A DNA stretch of 64,000 nucleotides. Source: Promethearchaeota archaeon (GTDB lineage: Archaea > Asgardarchaeota > Lokiarchaeia > Sigyniarchaeales > SOKP01). Below the pieces are notes generated by a model. It was not told where the DNA came from, did not search any database, and was given only the letters and a program-made list of their open reading frames with translations. The position numbers and the translations under genes are program-made. The DNA lies in NCBI GenBank assembly GCA_019894975.1, contig JAGXNO010000001.1, forward strand, positions 128,001 to 192,000, in the 5' to 3' direction. Below are positions 39,220-48,329 of this stretch, piece after piece. Position 1 is the stretch's first letter; each line of letters begins with the position of its first letter.

Positions 39220-40581
39220 CTATTTCAACATTTTTTTTTGTTTTGCATCTAATTCCAGCCAATCACTAACATTCTTGAGTTGTTTTCTTGAAGATGTGCA
39301 CAATATCTTTAAAAATGGGAGTAAATTCCGGATAAAATCTACCTGGGAGATCTCATATTTTTTCTGTAACTTCTCAACAAAATCTTTTTGTGTACTATTT
39401 AAGGAAAAATAGCTACCCGTAGTATATCTTGGAAAAACTACCCTTCGAAACCCTTTTGCTTCTGGAGTTTCTTTCCTTGATAACGCAACCCCCCCCGCAA
39501 AGAGGTCGAAAAAGTATGGCAATAATCCCCAATATTGATTAGTTTGGATTCTACTAAATATTTCGTCTGCTAATGAGAGATTTTCAAACGCATTCGCAAG
39601 TTCCTCATTAGTTTTAATGAATGTTGGAAGGTTTTCATTGACCCATTTATACAAGAAATTATAATCAACATCAGATTTATCCGTTAAATTTCGAGCACCT
39701 CTTAAAGAACTTACCTGAAATAAGTCTCTTATAAGGGTAAAAATTTCTTCAAAAGAATCCCTCCGTAAACTAAGAATAAGTTCTCTAATATTACCATCCA
39801 TTTTACCTTGAGTTATTCCTTGGAGATCATTAATAACTCCTCTTAAATCTCCACTATTCTTATCAATTAATAATTCTAAGTCTTCTTCTTTCAGTTGGGT
39901 TATATTTTCTTTTTTAAGGATATTCTTAGCAATTATTAATACTTCTTCTTTAGGCAAAGAATGGACTTCAAATCTACGAATATTATTATACAAAGGTTGG
40001 AGATTTGACTTATATTCGTTTGAACACATAATAATTGGGAATTGAGTGTTCTGTACTAATTCAATAATAGTTGGAACTGCACCTCTATCTTGAACACCGT
40101 AAATTCCATCTACTTCATCAATAAGGATGAGTTTCTCTTTGGATTCGCTAATAAAATCCATGATTCCACGTGATTTAGATGTTTCTTTTAATCTGTCTTC
40201 TAAGGCTTTTCTTGTTCTTGTATCAGACGCATTTGTTTCTACAACTTCCATGCTAAAGTCATTTGCAAGCGCAAATACAATTGAAGTTTTTCCGATTCCT
40301 GGAGGACCCTCTAAAAGAACAGCTGCTTTATCTGTCTCAATTTGAATATAATCCTTTTGTTCCTTTTCAATAACGGTTTTATTCTGTTCTTTTATCTTAG
40401 CATTTTCTCTATTTATTCTTTTTCTTTCAATAAAAAAATTTGTAATAAAGCTGGTTAATTCTTCAGCAAGCTTCACTCTTTGACCATTTGCTCTTGCAGT
40501 AGGTAAAGCCATATCTTTCAAGCTTTTTGGTCGATACTTTTCCACCCATACCGTATCAGTTTTCTTAGAAATTTTATTCAC
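39220..40581 (-). CDS. rfcL: Replication factor C large subunit
   Basis: WVEKYRPK, GPPGIGKT, NASD, IDEVD, GDLR, WVNEN. Confidence 0.93.
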   Translation of the reverse strand: MNKISKKTDTVWVEKYRPKSLKDMALPTARANGQRVKLAEELTSFITNFFIERKRINRENAKIKEQNKTVIEKEQKDYIQIETDKAAVLLEGPPGIGKTSIVFALANDFSMEVVETNASDTRTRKALEDRLKETSKSRGIMDFISESKEKLILIDEVDGIYGVQDRGAVPTIIELVQNTQFPIIMCSNEYKSNLQPLYNNIRRFEVHSLPKEEVLIIAKNILKKENITQLKEEDLELLIDKNSGDLRGVINDLQGITQGKMDGNIRELILSLRRDSFEEIFTLIRDLFQVSSLRGARNLTDKSDVDYNFLYKWVNENLPTFIKTNEELANAFENLSLADEIFSRIQTNQYWGLLPYFFDLFAGGVALSRKETPEAKGFRRVVFPRYTTGSYFSLNSTQKDFVEKLQKKYEISQVDFIRNLLPFLKILCTSSRKQLKNVSDWLELDAKQKKMLK

Positions 40582-41628
40582 CTACAGATATTGACTGTAT
40601 AAACAAATTTTTGATAATAAAGCAGATATTTGTATGTCACTGTCTCGACTATTAATCGCTCTGAAATCAGCATCCGCTATTAAATTAATCATTTTACTTC
40701 TCACATGTTTACTTAGAGGCAATTTATTAATTTCCTTAAGTAAAAGATTGAATAATTCATTAGATGTATACTTATAATTGGTTATGATTTTACGGGCTAA
40801 CTCCCTTGATTTTGGAAAATCACCTTTTAGTGATATTAATAGAAGGCTCCTTATTAGGTCATTTTGAAATCTCTGAGCATTTTCATACAAAATATTTTTA
40901 TCGATCTTATCTCCAGGGATACTGCTTAACTGTAAAATATCGATCGCTTGAAAGATTTTTCCCTCAGAAATTTTAAATAATACTTCAATAGCATCAGAAG
41001 AAACCTCAATTGATTCATTTTCGGCAATATCGTTTATTAATTTACGAAAATGTTCAAATTTGACTCGAGGAATTAAAAATATTTGACACCTACTTATAAT
41101 AGGGTCAATTATACTCGAAATTTTTGGAGTAATTAAAATCATTCTACAATTTGAACCATATTTTTCCATTAATCTTCTGAATCCCTGTTGGTTGTTACCT
41201 ATAGCTTCAAAATTTTTCACAACTAAAATCTTAAAGGGAGCATCTCCTAACACTTTCAACTGAACAAAAGGTTTTACCTTAACTTGGATAAATGCAGGAG
41301 TTGTGATCCTTCTTCCCGCGATACTCCCAATTTTGCTTGTCGATACGTATGCCTCCGATCTAGCTAATTTTCTTTCTTCTTCACTTAACGGAACATTTGC
41401 ATAAACCAGTTTAAAGTTGGCATCAAATTCTCTACCTAAGAATTCTTTTGAAAACATTGAGGCTAGAGTTGTTTTCCCGATACCCTCAGCCCCAATTAAT
41501 AATAAATGTGGAAAATTTCTTCTTGTTATAAAATTCTTTAACGCTTCTTTAATTTCATGCCGACCACAAATTTGATCTAAACTCTTTGGATAATACTTAA
41601 TTCTCCATATGGGTATTTCTTCGCTCAA
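40582..41628 (-). CDS. Replication factor C small subunit paralog with degenerate Walker B
   Basis: WRIKYYPK, GAEGIGKT, VKNFE in place of LDEAD, PIISRC. Confidence 0.88.
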   Translation of the reverse strand: MSEEIPIWRIKYYPKSLDQICGRHEIKEALKNFITRRNFPHLLLIGAEGIGKTTLASMFSKEFLGREFDANFKLVYANVPLSEEERKLARSEAYVSTSKIGSIAGRRITTPAFIQVKVKPFVQLKVLGDAPFKILVVKNFEAIGNNQQGFRRLMEKYGSNCRMILITPKISSIIDPIISRCQIFLIPRVKFEHFRKLINDIAENESIEVSSDAIEVLFKISEGKIFQAIDILQLSSIPGDKIDKNILYENAQRFQNDLIRSLLLISLKGDFPKSRELARKIITNYKYTSNELFNLLLKEINKLPLSKHVRSKMINLIADADFRAINSRDSDIQISALLSKICLYSQYL

Positions 41629-41640
41629 ATTTTCAAATTC

Positions 41641-42612
41641 TCACTTTTTAATAGTATCTATAATTTGTGCTAAAAGGGCTGAAATTTGGATCTGTTCATT
41701 TGCACCTTGGCTTATCCTATAATCTATCTCTCCAATAAAAGACCTTAAAGAAGGCAGTTTATTTGGATCAATATCTATATTTGATAATTCTTCAATTAAC
41801 TGTCTAATAAAACTGCGACTGTCAAGGGTTTCTATTGAATCAAGAATTTCTTTTGATTTCGTGAAATCTTTATTCTTCAAAGCATTTACTAAATCCTCTA
41901 AAGTCTTCTCACCCAAGAATCCCGAAATCTTCAAAATCTCATTTAAATCTAAATTATCCACCAGTTCCAAAGCAACAGCCATCTGAAGAGTATTAATAGC
42001 TTTTCTCAAATCTCCCCCTGAAATAAAAAATAATAATTCATAAAATTTCTTTGATTGGTCCTTTGGTATTTCCAATTTTTCTTTAACAACAATATATTTC
42101 AATCTTTCTACAATCTTTTCCCTAGGTAAATTTACAAATCTAAATACAGCACATCGAGATATTATTGGATCTATAATTCGATTTATATAATTACAGAGTA
42201 AGATGAATTTTACATTAGTTGATGCTTTTTCTATGATTCTTCTGAGTGCTTGCTGAACTTGACCGGGAATATTATCTGCCTCATCCAGAATAACAAACTT
42301 TAAGGAACCATCTTTTAAAATATTCTGACCAACAAAATTTTTTAAAACATTTCTTACAAAATCCATTCTTACAGTATCGGAAGCGTTTACTTCTAAGAGA
42401 TTAGTCCTAAGTTCCTCCTTTTTGAGAAAATTCTTTACAATTATTAAAGCAGTGCTCGTTTTTCCAGTCCCTGCTGGGCCTGTAAAAATCATATGAGGCA
42501 TATCAGGATTCTTGATAAATTCCTTGATATTATTGATAGCAATATTTTGACTTATAATATCACTAAAGGTTTTTGGCCGATATTTCTCCACCCAGGGGAT
42601 TTCTATACTCAT
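41641..42612 (-). CDS. rfcS: Replication factor C small subunit
   Basis: PWVEKYRPK, GPAGTGKT, NASD, ILDEAD, ISRC, GDLRKAIN. Confidence 0.96.
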   Translation of the reverse strand: MSIEIPWVEKYRPKTFSDIISQNIAINNIKEFIKNPDMPHMIFTGPAGTGKTSTALIIVKNFLKKEELRTNLLEVNASDTVRMDFVRNVLKNFVGQNILKDGSLKFVILDEADNIPGQVQQALRRIIEKASTNVKFILLCNYINRIIDPIISRCAVFRFVNLPREKIVERLKYIVVKEKLEIPKDQSKKFYELLFFISGGDLRKAINTLQMAVALELVDNLDLNEILKISGFLGEKTLEDLVNALKNKDFTKSKEILDSIETLDSRSFIRQLIEELSNIDIDPNKLPSLRSFIGEIDYRISQGANEQIQISALLAQIIDTIKK

Positions 42613-42635
42613 TTTTCTATGTAAAAGTTATACTT

Positions 42636-43100
42636 TTAGCTCTCGGGTCTTAAATCTAATTCTAACACTTCATAGACTTTTTTAAATTTCATCTTTTCAT
42701 ACAAATTTAAGGCTTCCATAGCTTTTTCTTTTATATTCACTTTTACTTTTTCCACCTTGATTTTTTTTAGATGTTCCATAGCTTTTTCTAATAAAAGATG
42801 TCCAGTACCCCTGCTTCGATACTTTTCTTTCAAAAAAAATTGCCTAATATATCCCTCAGATGATCCTAAGGGGTCAATGCGAAGTTCAGCTACTATCATT
42901 CCTACTACGGAATTATTATCTTCATCAATAGCTATAAGTATCCCATGACGTTGAAGAGGATCAAAAAGCCGACGTCTAATACCCCAATCAAATCGTTTAG
43001 GATCAAATTTTTGCCCTAACCCTTCTACTAACTGTTTAGTCAAATCCTGCAAATCCTCAATTTGCTCCGGATTGGCTATTTCTACGCGAATTGAACTCAT
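42636..43100 (-). CDS. GNAT-family acetyltransferase
   Basis: YRSRGTG acetyl-CoA motif, ALNLYEKMKF. Confidence 0.88.
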   Translation of the reverse strand: MSSIRVEIANPEQIEDLQDLTKQLVEGLGQKFDPKRFDWGIRRRLFDPLQRHGILIAIDEDNNSVVGMIVAELRIDPLGSSEGYIRQFFLKEKYRSRGTGHLLLEKAMEHLKKIKVEKVKVNIKEKAMEALNLYEKMKFKKVYEVLELDLRPES

Positions 43101-43273
43101 ATTTCATCATCGTATGCTTTGTTATTACCATAATTATTGCAATTTTAAAATTTAAATTTTCTTAACTCAAATTTAATAAAACTACAAATGAGGTGTTTAT
43201 TAATACAGCTTTTAATTAAAACAATAGCATTTTAAAAAAATTAAAATAAATTTTGCGTTAGTGAAGAATACTT

Positions 43274-43561
43274 TTAAAAATGACGAGCAGACGTCCCATC
43301 CCAGACTTTTACAGTTTCATTTACCCATCCACATTTAGGACATTTGTCTGTAAGTTCCCAGCTCTCAAGAGCGGGGTGTATACGACAATATAAACCTCCA
43401 CAGTTAGAACACACTAGAAATTTAGCTCCACATCCCGCACACATTTTCAACTGACCTTGCTCCACAAACGGAAAAGCTCTCCGCATCCATTCGTCATGAG
43501 CAAGAGAAAATTGGTCTTTTCCACAAACAATACAATGAACTCCATCTTCTTGAAGAGCCAT
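43274..43561 (-). CDS. Multi-zinc-finger small protein
   Basis: CIVC, CAGC, CSNC, CRIH, CPKC in 95 aa. Confidence 0.8.
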   Translation of the reverse strand: MALQEDGVHCIVCGKDQFSLAHDEWMRRAFPFVEQGQLKMCAGCGAKFLVCSNCGGLYCRIHPALESWELTDKCPKCGWVNETVKVWDGTSARHF

Positions 43562-44219
43562 ATTATCACACTATATTTAATAATAATTGAATAAAAGTCT
43601 ATATCTTTAGAATTTTATACGTTTTTTTTATAATAATAATAAAATACTGAATTAAAAATTAAACGATTTCGAAAAGGGAATTATAACGAACTTCTATAAA
43701 TTCTCATTTTTTTTTAAGATATTATGTAAAATCAAGAAATGGGAAAAAAGTGGGAATATTGTGAAATGTATCAATAACATGTTTTCCCACAATATTTTGA
43801 TGTGAACTAAAATTATATTTTCATTACCCGTCAAACCGAAGATTTAAATTAATACTTTCAGTGATATAAAACATAGAATAAGTTAATCAAAAATTAAATT
43901 TTAAATTTACATTCAAATCCATTACACTCGAATTACGATATTATCTTTGAAGGGAGAGTTAAAAACGGCGTACTTAAGAGAAGTATATCTGTAGAAATCC
44001 GCGACAAAATCAATAACTTAGAAGATACTGGCTTATCTAAGGAATAATTAAGAATTATTAAATATATTAAGAAGATCATCGAAATTATCAAACTAATATT
44101 TAAAAAAATGAATTTTATAATCTTTGGCCAAATTGGTTTAATTGTTGTTCTTTTACGCGCATTTTTTTATCAATTCTGTTTTTTAATATCCATTTCCATA
44201 TTGAAAAACGTAGAATCGC

Positions 44220-44244
44220 CTCCTAGAAGTTATACTTCTAGGAG
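44220..44244. repeat. Perfect 11-bp inverted repeat
   Basis: CTCCTAGAAGT-TAT-ACTTCTAGGAG. Confidence 0.85.
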
Positions 44245-44276
44245 AATTCTATTTTTTCCAGAGTATTCTTTATTCA

Positions 44277-44382
44277 ATATCTCGACAAGTGGGAATAATG
44301 TGGGTGCGAGTCACAATTTTTTAATATCTTGAAATGTAGAAAAAATCAATTTTCTTGCGATATCTTGATATGTAGGAAAAAT
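44277..44382. repeat. Three imperfect 23-bp direct repeats
   Basis: ATATCTCGACAAGTGGGAATAAT (44277), ATATCTTGAAATGTAGAAAAAAT (44324), ATATCTTGATATGTAGGAAAAAT (44360). Confidence 0.65.
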
Positions 44383-44546
44383 TGGTCTTCATAGACTCTT
44401 AAAAAGAAAACTTAAATAAAGATTTTCTTGTTATTAATTACCCTAAATATAGATATATAAAAGAAGTAAAGTTAAGTAATATTTTACTTCAAAATAAAAC
44501 CAAAATTTATAAAAACAAATAATTAAGCAAACCAAGTGTAAAAAAT

Positions 44547-46325
44547 ATGGAACTTGAAAAGAAAAATTTAGCTATTATAATATTGTCAGTTGTACTTGTC
44601 GCTTCTGGAGTAGGTAATGTTATTCTCGCGATTACCAGTGGATTAATAGTTGAACCTGATCGTCGAAACACTATAATTGTAGGCGCCGGATCAAATCTAG
44701 CAGCAATAGATCCTCTCGATACATGGGATGTTCCTTCAAACGTTGCCGAACATCAAGTTGCTGAAGGATTGGTTGACTATGACTATACAGATCATCCTAA
44801 TTATAGGATAGTACCAAAACTCGCTGAATCTTGGATATGGAATGGTCCTCAAGAAATTTCATTTAAAATAAGAGAAAATGTATATTTCCATGACGGCAAT
44901 CTCCTTACTGCTAATGATGTAAAATGGAATTTTGACAGACTTATGTACTTCATCAATTGGACTGGAGATCTTGTTGCAAATGATACCTCATGGGAAGCGT
45001 TTCCATCAGCATTATACTTCTTCTCTGATGGTAGTCCAATTTTAAACAGAACTGAAGTATCAAGTGATTACAACTTTACTGTTTATTTAAACAAACCTTT
45101 TGGTGCATTTTTAGACTTGATGACATTTTCTGCGACTTATATTTTATCTCCAGCATCTACACCAAGATATAGATATCTTGATATGACTTCTGAGAAAATA
45201 GTTGGTACTGGACCCTTTCAATTTATCCGCTTTAAATATGATGTTGATGTTAGATTTGAAAGATGGGATAGATACTGGGCAACTGGACCATGGGCAGAAC
45301 TCCTAGTATTTAAAATACTTGAAGATGATACAGCAAGGATGACTGCTGGGTTGGCAGAGCAATTTGATTATATAGGAGGAGTACCAAAATCCTTTATTCC
45401 GAGTTATATCTCTGATCCAGATTTACATGTACAGGATGTTGGTGAAGATCTCTGTTATTTCTATTTAGAAATATATTGTGGTCCTCCCGAAGGGGAATCT
45501 CCTATTGTTGGTGGACAAGTTAATCAAAAAAATCCAGCAGAATTCAGAAAGGCTCTTGCTTTAGTGATAAACTACACCTATATTCTTGAAGAAATACAAA
45601 ATGGATATGCGTTTACCGGCTGTCCAGCTGTCCCACGAGCAATGCCGGGATACAATAGTTCACTTGAAGGTAAAATGGCAAGTGACAACCCATTTGGTGG
45701 AACATATGAGAGCAGTATCAAAAAGGCTAGAGAAATAATGATGTCCTTATATCCTACTAACACTTCAGGCCTTGATCCAAATTATCCTGGTACTACTGAA
45801 TCTGGTTGGTCGAGTTTATCAATTGATACATTAGAAGTTAATCAACATTTTGGAGATCTCACAAATCTAAGATTAAATCAATTAATGACGGCTAACTTTG
45901 ATCTAATTGGAATAGATATTGATATAACTACAAGAACCTGGGGAGAATATTTAGATACTGGTGAGCATACTCCTTGGGAAATGGATCTTGGATATATAGG
46001 TTGGTGTCCTGATTATCTTGATGCTTTTAATATGCTTGATCCACTATTCAATAATCTTTCGGGATCATGCTTTTCTCGAATCAGTGATCCTGATTTAATA
46101 ACGATGTTAGAAACAGCATCAGCATTGACTAACTCCACGGAAAGACAAGAAGTTTATATGGATATTCAATCTTATATCTATGATATCACCAGAACTACTC
46201 CCGCATCTTATACTCACATACCTGGTTGGGTGTTCTTAATACAACAAGTTCACAAAACCGATTTGAAGGGTGTTGGATATAATGTTATGGCTATGCTAGA
46301 TTGCTGGAATTGGTATAAGGAATAG
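44547..46325 (+). CDS. Family-5 ABC solute-binding protein (peptide/nickel type), N-terminal membrane anchor
   Basis: PKLAESW, FHDG..LTANDVKWNFDR, VGTGPF, GWCPDYLDA. Confidence 0.92.
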   Translation: MELEKKNLAIIILSVVLVASGVGNVILAITSGLIVEPDRRNTIIVGAGSNLAAIDPLDTWDVPSNVAEHQVAEGLVDYDYTDHPNYRIVPKLAESWIWNGPQEISFKIRENVYFHDGNLLTANDVKWNFDRLMYFINWTGDLVANDTSWEAFPSALYFFSDGSPILNRTEVSSDYNFTVYLNKPFGAFLDLMTFSATYILSPASTPRYRYLDMTSEKIVGTGPFQFIRFKYDVDVRFERWDRYWATGPWAELLVFKILEDDTARMTAGLAEQFDYIGGVPKSFIPSYISDPDLHVQDVGEDLCYFYLEIYCGPPEGESPIVGGQVNQKNPAEFRKALALVINYTYILEEIQNGYAFTGCPAVPRAMPGYNSSLEGKMASDNPFGGTYESSIKKAREIMMSLYPTNTSGLDPNYPGTTESGWSSLSIDTLEVNQHFGDLTNLRLNQLMTANFDLIGIDIDITTRTWGEYLDTGEHTPWEMDLGYIGWCPDYLDAFNMLDPLFNNLSGSCFSRISDPDLITMLETASALTNSTERQEVYMDIQSYIYDITRTTPASYTHIPGWVFLIQQVHKTDLKGVGYNVMAMLDCWNWYKE

Positions 46326-46418
46326 AAATCCTGAGTCTAATTAAAATAAAAATCTAAAATAAAAATTTTCTTTTTTTTTTATCTTTTAACTCTTAAATTG
46401 AAAAGAGTTTTATTTCAA

Positions 46419-47349
46419 CTAGGATTTAGTATATTCTTTTATCGCTCTTACAATATCTGCTTTTCGATAAGAAGAGAGGAATTTTATATTATTTTTCACG
46501 ACAATATTGTTTTAATTGTTTTACAGTCCATGTACTATACTCTACTTGACTGTTCTCTTTTTTTGGTTTAACAACAGGTAAGTCTTCTTCTAGAATTTCT
46601 ATAGCTTCAATTTCTTTATGTTTAAGATCTAAATAAATTCGGAGTTTCTGCCCATCAAGTTCAATTATTTGCTTTGGAAGATTAGAAATCAATTCCCATT
46701 CCTTTACTTCCACACTTTTATCAAAAATTTCTGCTTTCTTTGTAATTTGACCATAGAGAACATTATTTCCTATAAGTATACTCGTGCGTTTGAAATTTTC
46801 GGGGATTCTTTCTTTTAAAACTCGGTCAAGTATATTTCTTGAGCTTTGATTCTTTTTTAAATCCCGAAAAGACGGAGAAATTTCAGGTTTTTTACTCAAA
46901 TCTCTAACTTTTTCTATTTTATTTTCTTCGTACTTATCTTTCCACTCAAAATTAGACGAATTATTTTTTATTTCTAAATCGTTTGGGATGTTGGAATTAA
47001 CCACAAAAGGCATTTCTTTAAATCCAAAAGCACTGAGAAAATCCTCAGGTTCATCTCCTTGGTCTACTGAAATAATTTTGCATCGATGAAAATTAGATGA
47101 AACTATCAATCTCCTTTGCAAATCTGAGGCTACTCGAGACGCTATGAATTTTTTTCTGACTGAAGATGATATCCCTTTCCAGATATAAATCCTTCTAAGC
47201 GCTTCTTTAATTATTACCACTACTTGTAGGGGATTTAATATTATATTTCCATTGTTCTGTCTGAATGCCTCTTCTGTAATATTTATTTTATCCTCCTCAC
47301 CATTATCTTTAACCTCAAATAGCATAAAATCTGTATAAGTCTCTAACAT
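46419..47349 (-). CDS. Gelsolin-domain protein; stops at 46489 in frame 0, with the remainder of a HeH/Rho-N-like domain in the +1 frame to 46419
   Basis: IYIWKG..SSVRKKFIA and VDQGDEPEDFL gelsolin motifs; WTVKQLKQYCRE continues as NNIKFLSSYRKADIVRAIKEYTKS if one A is skipped. Confidence 0.82.
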
Positions 47350-47470
47350 TTTAATTCTATATGTATGTAGTTCTTTCGTGATTTAATTAAATAGAGAGAA
47401 AATAAAAGGATAGAGAGTAGTAAATTATTATAAATTAAAAAGAAGTAAAATAATAGTTAATTTTTTTTTT

Positions 47471-47794
47471 TTACATTTCCAATTTTTTTGCTTTTGCATT
47501 CCCAGATACTTCGGGATTTACTTTTTCTAATTCACCAATTAATTGGAATGTCTTATCATCATTTAATGCTTCACTAAATTTAATGAGAAATTCTTTACTC
47601 CCAACAAACAGACCTTTTCTCTTTAATGGCTTGCCATCCTCTTTAAGAGGGTTTATCTCTAAGAAAAGAAGTGCTGGTCTTGTTTTTGTAGCGGGAACTT
47701 TGACAACGTTCACACCATCAACGGGAGTTTCCATTTTTTCCCAATCAGCAGCATTTTTTAAATGAGCTTTTAATTGTTCTTCTATGCTTGACAT
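47471..47794 (-). CDS. Conserved-looking archaeal hypothetical protein
   Basis: DWEK..TPVDGV.VVKVP..K.RPA.L.LEINP...G.P.KRKGL; ATG at 47794. Confidence 0.75.
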   Translation of the reverse strand: MSSIEEQLKAHLKNAADWEKMETPVDGVNVVKVPATKTRPALLFLEINPLKEDGKPLKRKGLFVGSKEFLIKFSEALNDDKTFQLIGELEKVNPEVSGNAKAKKLEM

Positions 47795-48066
47795 AATATG
47801 TAACATGTAACACCTATGTCTTATAAATTTTAGTAAAAATAATATGAGTCACTTTTTTGAAATAAACTGTGATATCAAAACAGTCTAAAATTCTTGAAAT
47901 TTTTGTCTATTAAAAGTAATATTCTATGTTATACCTTGAATTATATAATAAAGAAAAATTATTTATTCTGTCGGATTTCTTGGGGTCAACTTCCACTAAA
48001 TCTTTAAATATATCACTCTCGTATATATCTGTATTAATTAAAACTAAAAAATTTAAGGTGATTTTT

Positions 48067-48288
48067 ATAAAATTAATTTCTGTTAATCTTCCTGAATCTT
48101 ATCTGAAAGTTTTGGAGGTCCTCGTCGCTGAGGGCAAATTCCCGAATAGGAGTGAAGCAATTCGAGTTTCAATTAGAGATTTAATCAAAACTGAATATTT
48201 AATTGAAGAATCAATTGAGAGAAATACTCGTCATCCCATTTTAGAGCCTGAAATTGTAAATAAAGTAGAAGAAAAATTATTTACATAA
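48067..48288 (+). CDS. Ribbon-helix-helix regulator (CdrS/CopG-like), probable ATA start
   Basis: (M)KLISVNLPESYL..LEVLV.EGKFPNRSEAIRVSIRDLI; AGGTGA 5 nt upstream of ATA 48067. Confidence 0.8.
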   Translation: MKLISVNLPESYLKVLEVLVAEGKFPNRSEAIRVSIRDLIKTEYLIEESIERNTRHPILEPEIVNKVEEKLFT

Positions 48289-48329
48289 AAAGAGATTCAT
48301 AATTCCTGATAATATAATTTATTTCCTTC

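Noticed and set aside
44108-44332. 74-aa ORF in the long intergenic region
   Set aside because: No recognisable motif; overlaps the palindrome and direct repeats; likely spurious
28508-46496. General recoding rule at AAA-TAA (both the response regulator and gelsolin interruptions have it)
   Set aside because: One needs readthrough and the other +1 shifting, and ordinary genes here (ending 32294 and 56677) terminate at AAA TAA
47926-48066. N-terminal 47 aa of the ORF-track RHH protein
   Set aside because: Low-complexity AT-rich sequence spanning a probable promoter; the RHH domain begins at 48067
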